Positions 62,964 through 64,000 of a stretch of DNA of 64,000 nucleotides are shown one piece after another. The notes under the pieces were generated by a model. That model saw only the letters and a program-made list of their open reading frames with translations. It had not been told where the DNA came from and ran no database searches. The translations under genes were made by a program, and so were the position numbers. The DNA comes from an uncultured Methanoregulaceae archaeon. Lineage in GTDB: Archaea; Halobacteriota; Methanomicrobia; Methanomicrobiales; Methanospirillaceae. Location of the stretch: positions 416,001 to 480,000 of the forward strand of contig OY970061.1 in the NCBI GenBank assembly GCA_963705255.1. Direction: 5' to 3'. Positions within the stretch are counted from its first letter, which is position 1. Every line of letters begins with the position of its first letter.

Positions 62964-63902
62964 TCACAACTCCTTGTTGGCGATTGGTTTAATCCTGCAG
63001 GATGCGGCGTATGCATCTTTTCGGATTGCATCGGGATCTATTCCGGGGAGTATTTTCTGGTAATATCTGATCAAATCTTTCAACGCTGATTTCATTGGGG
63101 TGAATGCCAGTCCCGGGATTTCTTCGCTCAATCGTCTGTTACTCCCGCTATATTCATAGTTCAACCCTTCATTCTCAACGATAATTTCAGACGTGAAATC
63201 TGAAATGGAATTAATGAGTTCCGAGATAGAAACAAGATCTATTGGATCGGGCGGGGTGATATTATATGAAGAATATTTGGGTTTATGGGTCAGGAAATAG
63301 TCGAGAATTTTCAAAAAATCTTCGATGAAAAGCCAGCTGAAGTATACGTTCTGTCGTATGGTGATTGGCATAGAGAGAAGGTTTTTCAGGATCGCATTTG
63401 ATATGAACTTGAATTCATAATCCTCGTATTTCCCGAATATCCCAAATAACCGGAGGCAATACATATTTTCTGTTTGTCCGATGTATTTTGAGATAAGATA
63501 TTTGGAAAAACCATGTTCTTCTGTAGGAATCCGGCTCCCGAATTCCCCTTCCGGTATCTTCCGGATATTCCGGCATTTATGGTATTCCCCCCCGGATCCC
63601 ATATGAATCAGGGTCTGGAACCGATCCTGGTTTTCTGCGAGATTGAAAAACATTCGCATATTCTTTTCAATTACCTCCCCGCATCCCGGTGTCTTTCTGG
63701 TTCCTCCGAAATTCGCGCAATGAATTACGCAGTCGATTTCATTTCGTAAGAAAAACGTTCGCACATCCTTCTGGGAAAAAAGGTTCAGATCTTTATGGGG
63801 CGGGGTAAGCAGGATATAATTATCCTTCAAATATTCGACAATGTTTTTTCCGATAAATCCGGTGGATCCGGTAATGAAAACCGTTTTCTTATCATTTTTC
63901 AT
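62964..63902 (-). CDS. NAD-dependent epimerase/reductase (CDP-dideoxysugar pathway)
   Basis: ITGSTGFIG, VIHCA, GSGGEY, HGFSK, LRLFGIFG; directly upstream of rfbH. Confidence 0.82.
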   Translation of the reverse strand: MKNDKKTVFITGSTGFIGKNIVEYLKDNYILLTPPHKDLNLFSQKDVRTFFLRNEIDCVIHCANFGGTRKTPGCGEVIEKNMRMFFNLAENQDRFQTLIHMGSGGEYHKCRNIRKIPEGEFGSRIPTEEHGFSKYLISKYIGQTENMYCLRLFGIFGKYEDYEFKFISNAILKNLLSMPITIRQNVYFSWLFIEDFLKILDYFLTHKPKYSSYNITPPDPIDLVSISELINSISDFTSEIIVENEGLNYEYSGSNRRLSEEIPGLAFTPMKSALKDLIRYYQKILPGIDPDAIRKDAYAASCRIKPIANKEL

Positions 63903-64000
63903 CCGACATCACCCGATAACGTCGATTTAGTCCCCTCACCCGGATAACGACTGACCGATCGGACGCTCAATCTCCTTTCCGGGGCACCATCTGGTTCCAG

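Noticed and set aside
61850-62992. 380-aa plus-strand ORF
   Set aside because: Antisense shadow of rfbH
63903-64000. 3' end of an upstream gene
   Set aside because: Too little sequence to assign a frame or product
1-64000. CRISPR array, tRNA/rRNA, integrase or integron-type att sites
   Set aside because: No regularly spaced repeats, RNA gene signatures or recombinase ORFs seen; short cassette-junction motifs cannot be fully excluded by eye

Overview
Archaeal genomic window. AglB, DUF1616 and the gene style suggest a Methanomicrobiales-type methanogen (inference). It opens with a DtxR/FeoA-regulator-feoB metal uptake operon carrying two DtxR-type operators. Next come a divergent oligosaccharyltransferase (aglB with non-canonical SWDSG and GHH motifs) and a RelE-type toxin-antitoxin pair. 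The remaining ~57 kb is a mosaic, mostly AT-rich surface-glycosylation locus that runs off the right edge. It holds about a dozen GT2/GT4 glycosyltransferases, two large GT-C-like membrane proteins and DUF1616 genes, one apparently split into divergent halves. It has two nonulosonic-acid modules: a legionaminic-type pathway with extra redox/aminotransferase genes, and a second neuA-GT-neuB unit. It also has two acetamidino (amidotransferase-HisF-HisH) triads, five methyltransferases, a radical SAM enzyme, a DUF362 protein, a Wzm/Wzt exporter and rfbH. Several decayed gene scars (IS481-like transposase, hisH copy, wzt 5' end, Gfo/Idh/MocA 5' end) record cassette exchange. About 14 genes carry single-base frameshifts, six of them at the same GGTCT/AGACC 5-mer. 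This points to systematic sequencing error, possibly caused by DNA modification, rather than true pseudogenes. No rRNA, tRNA or CRISPR array was recognised.
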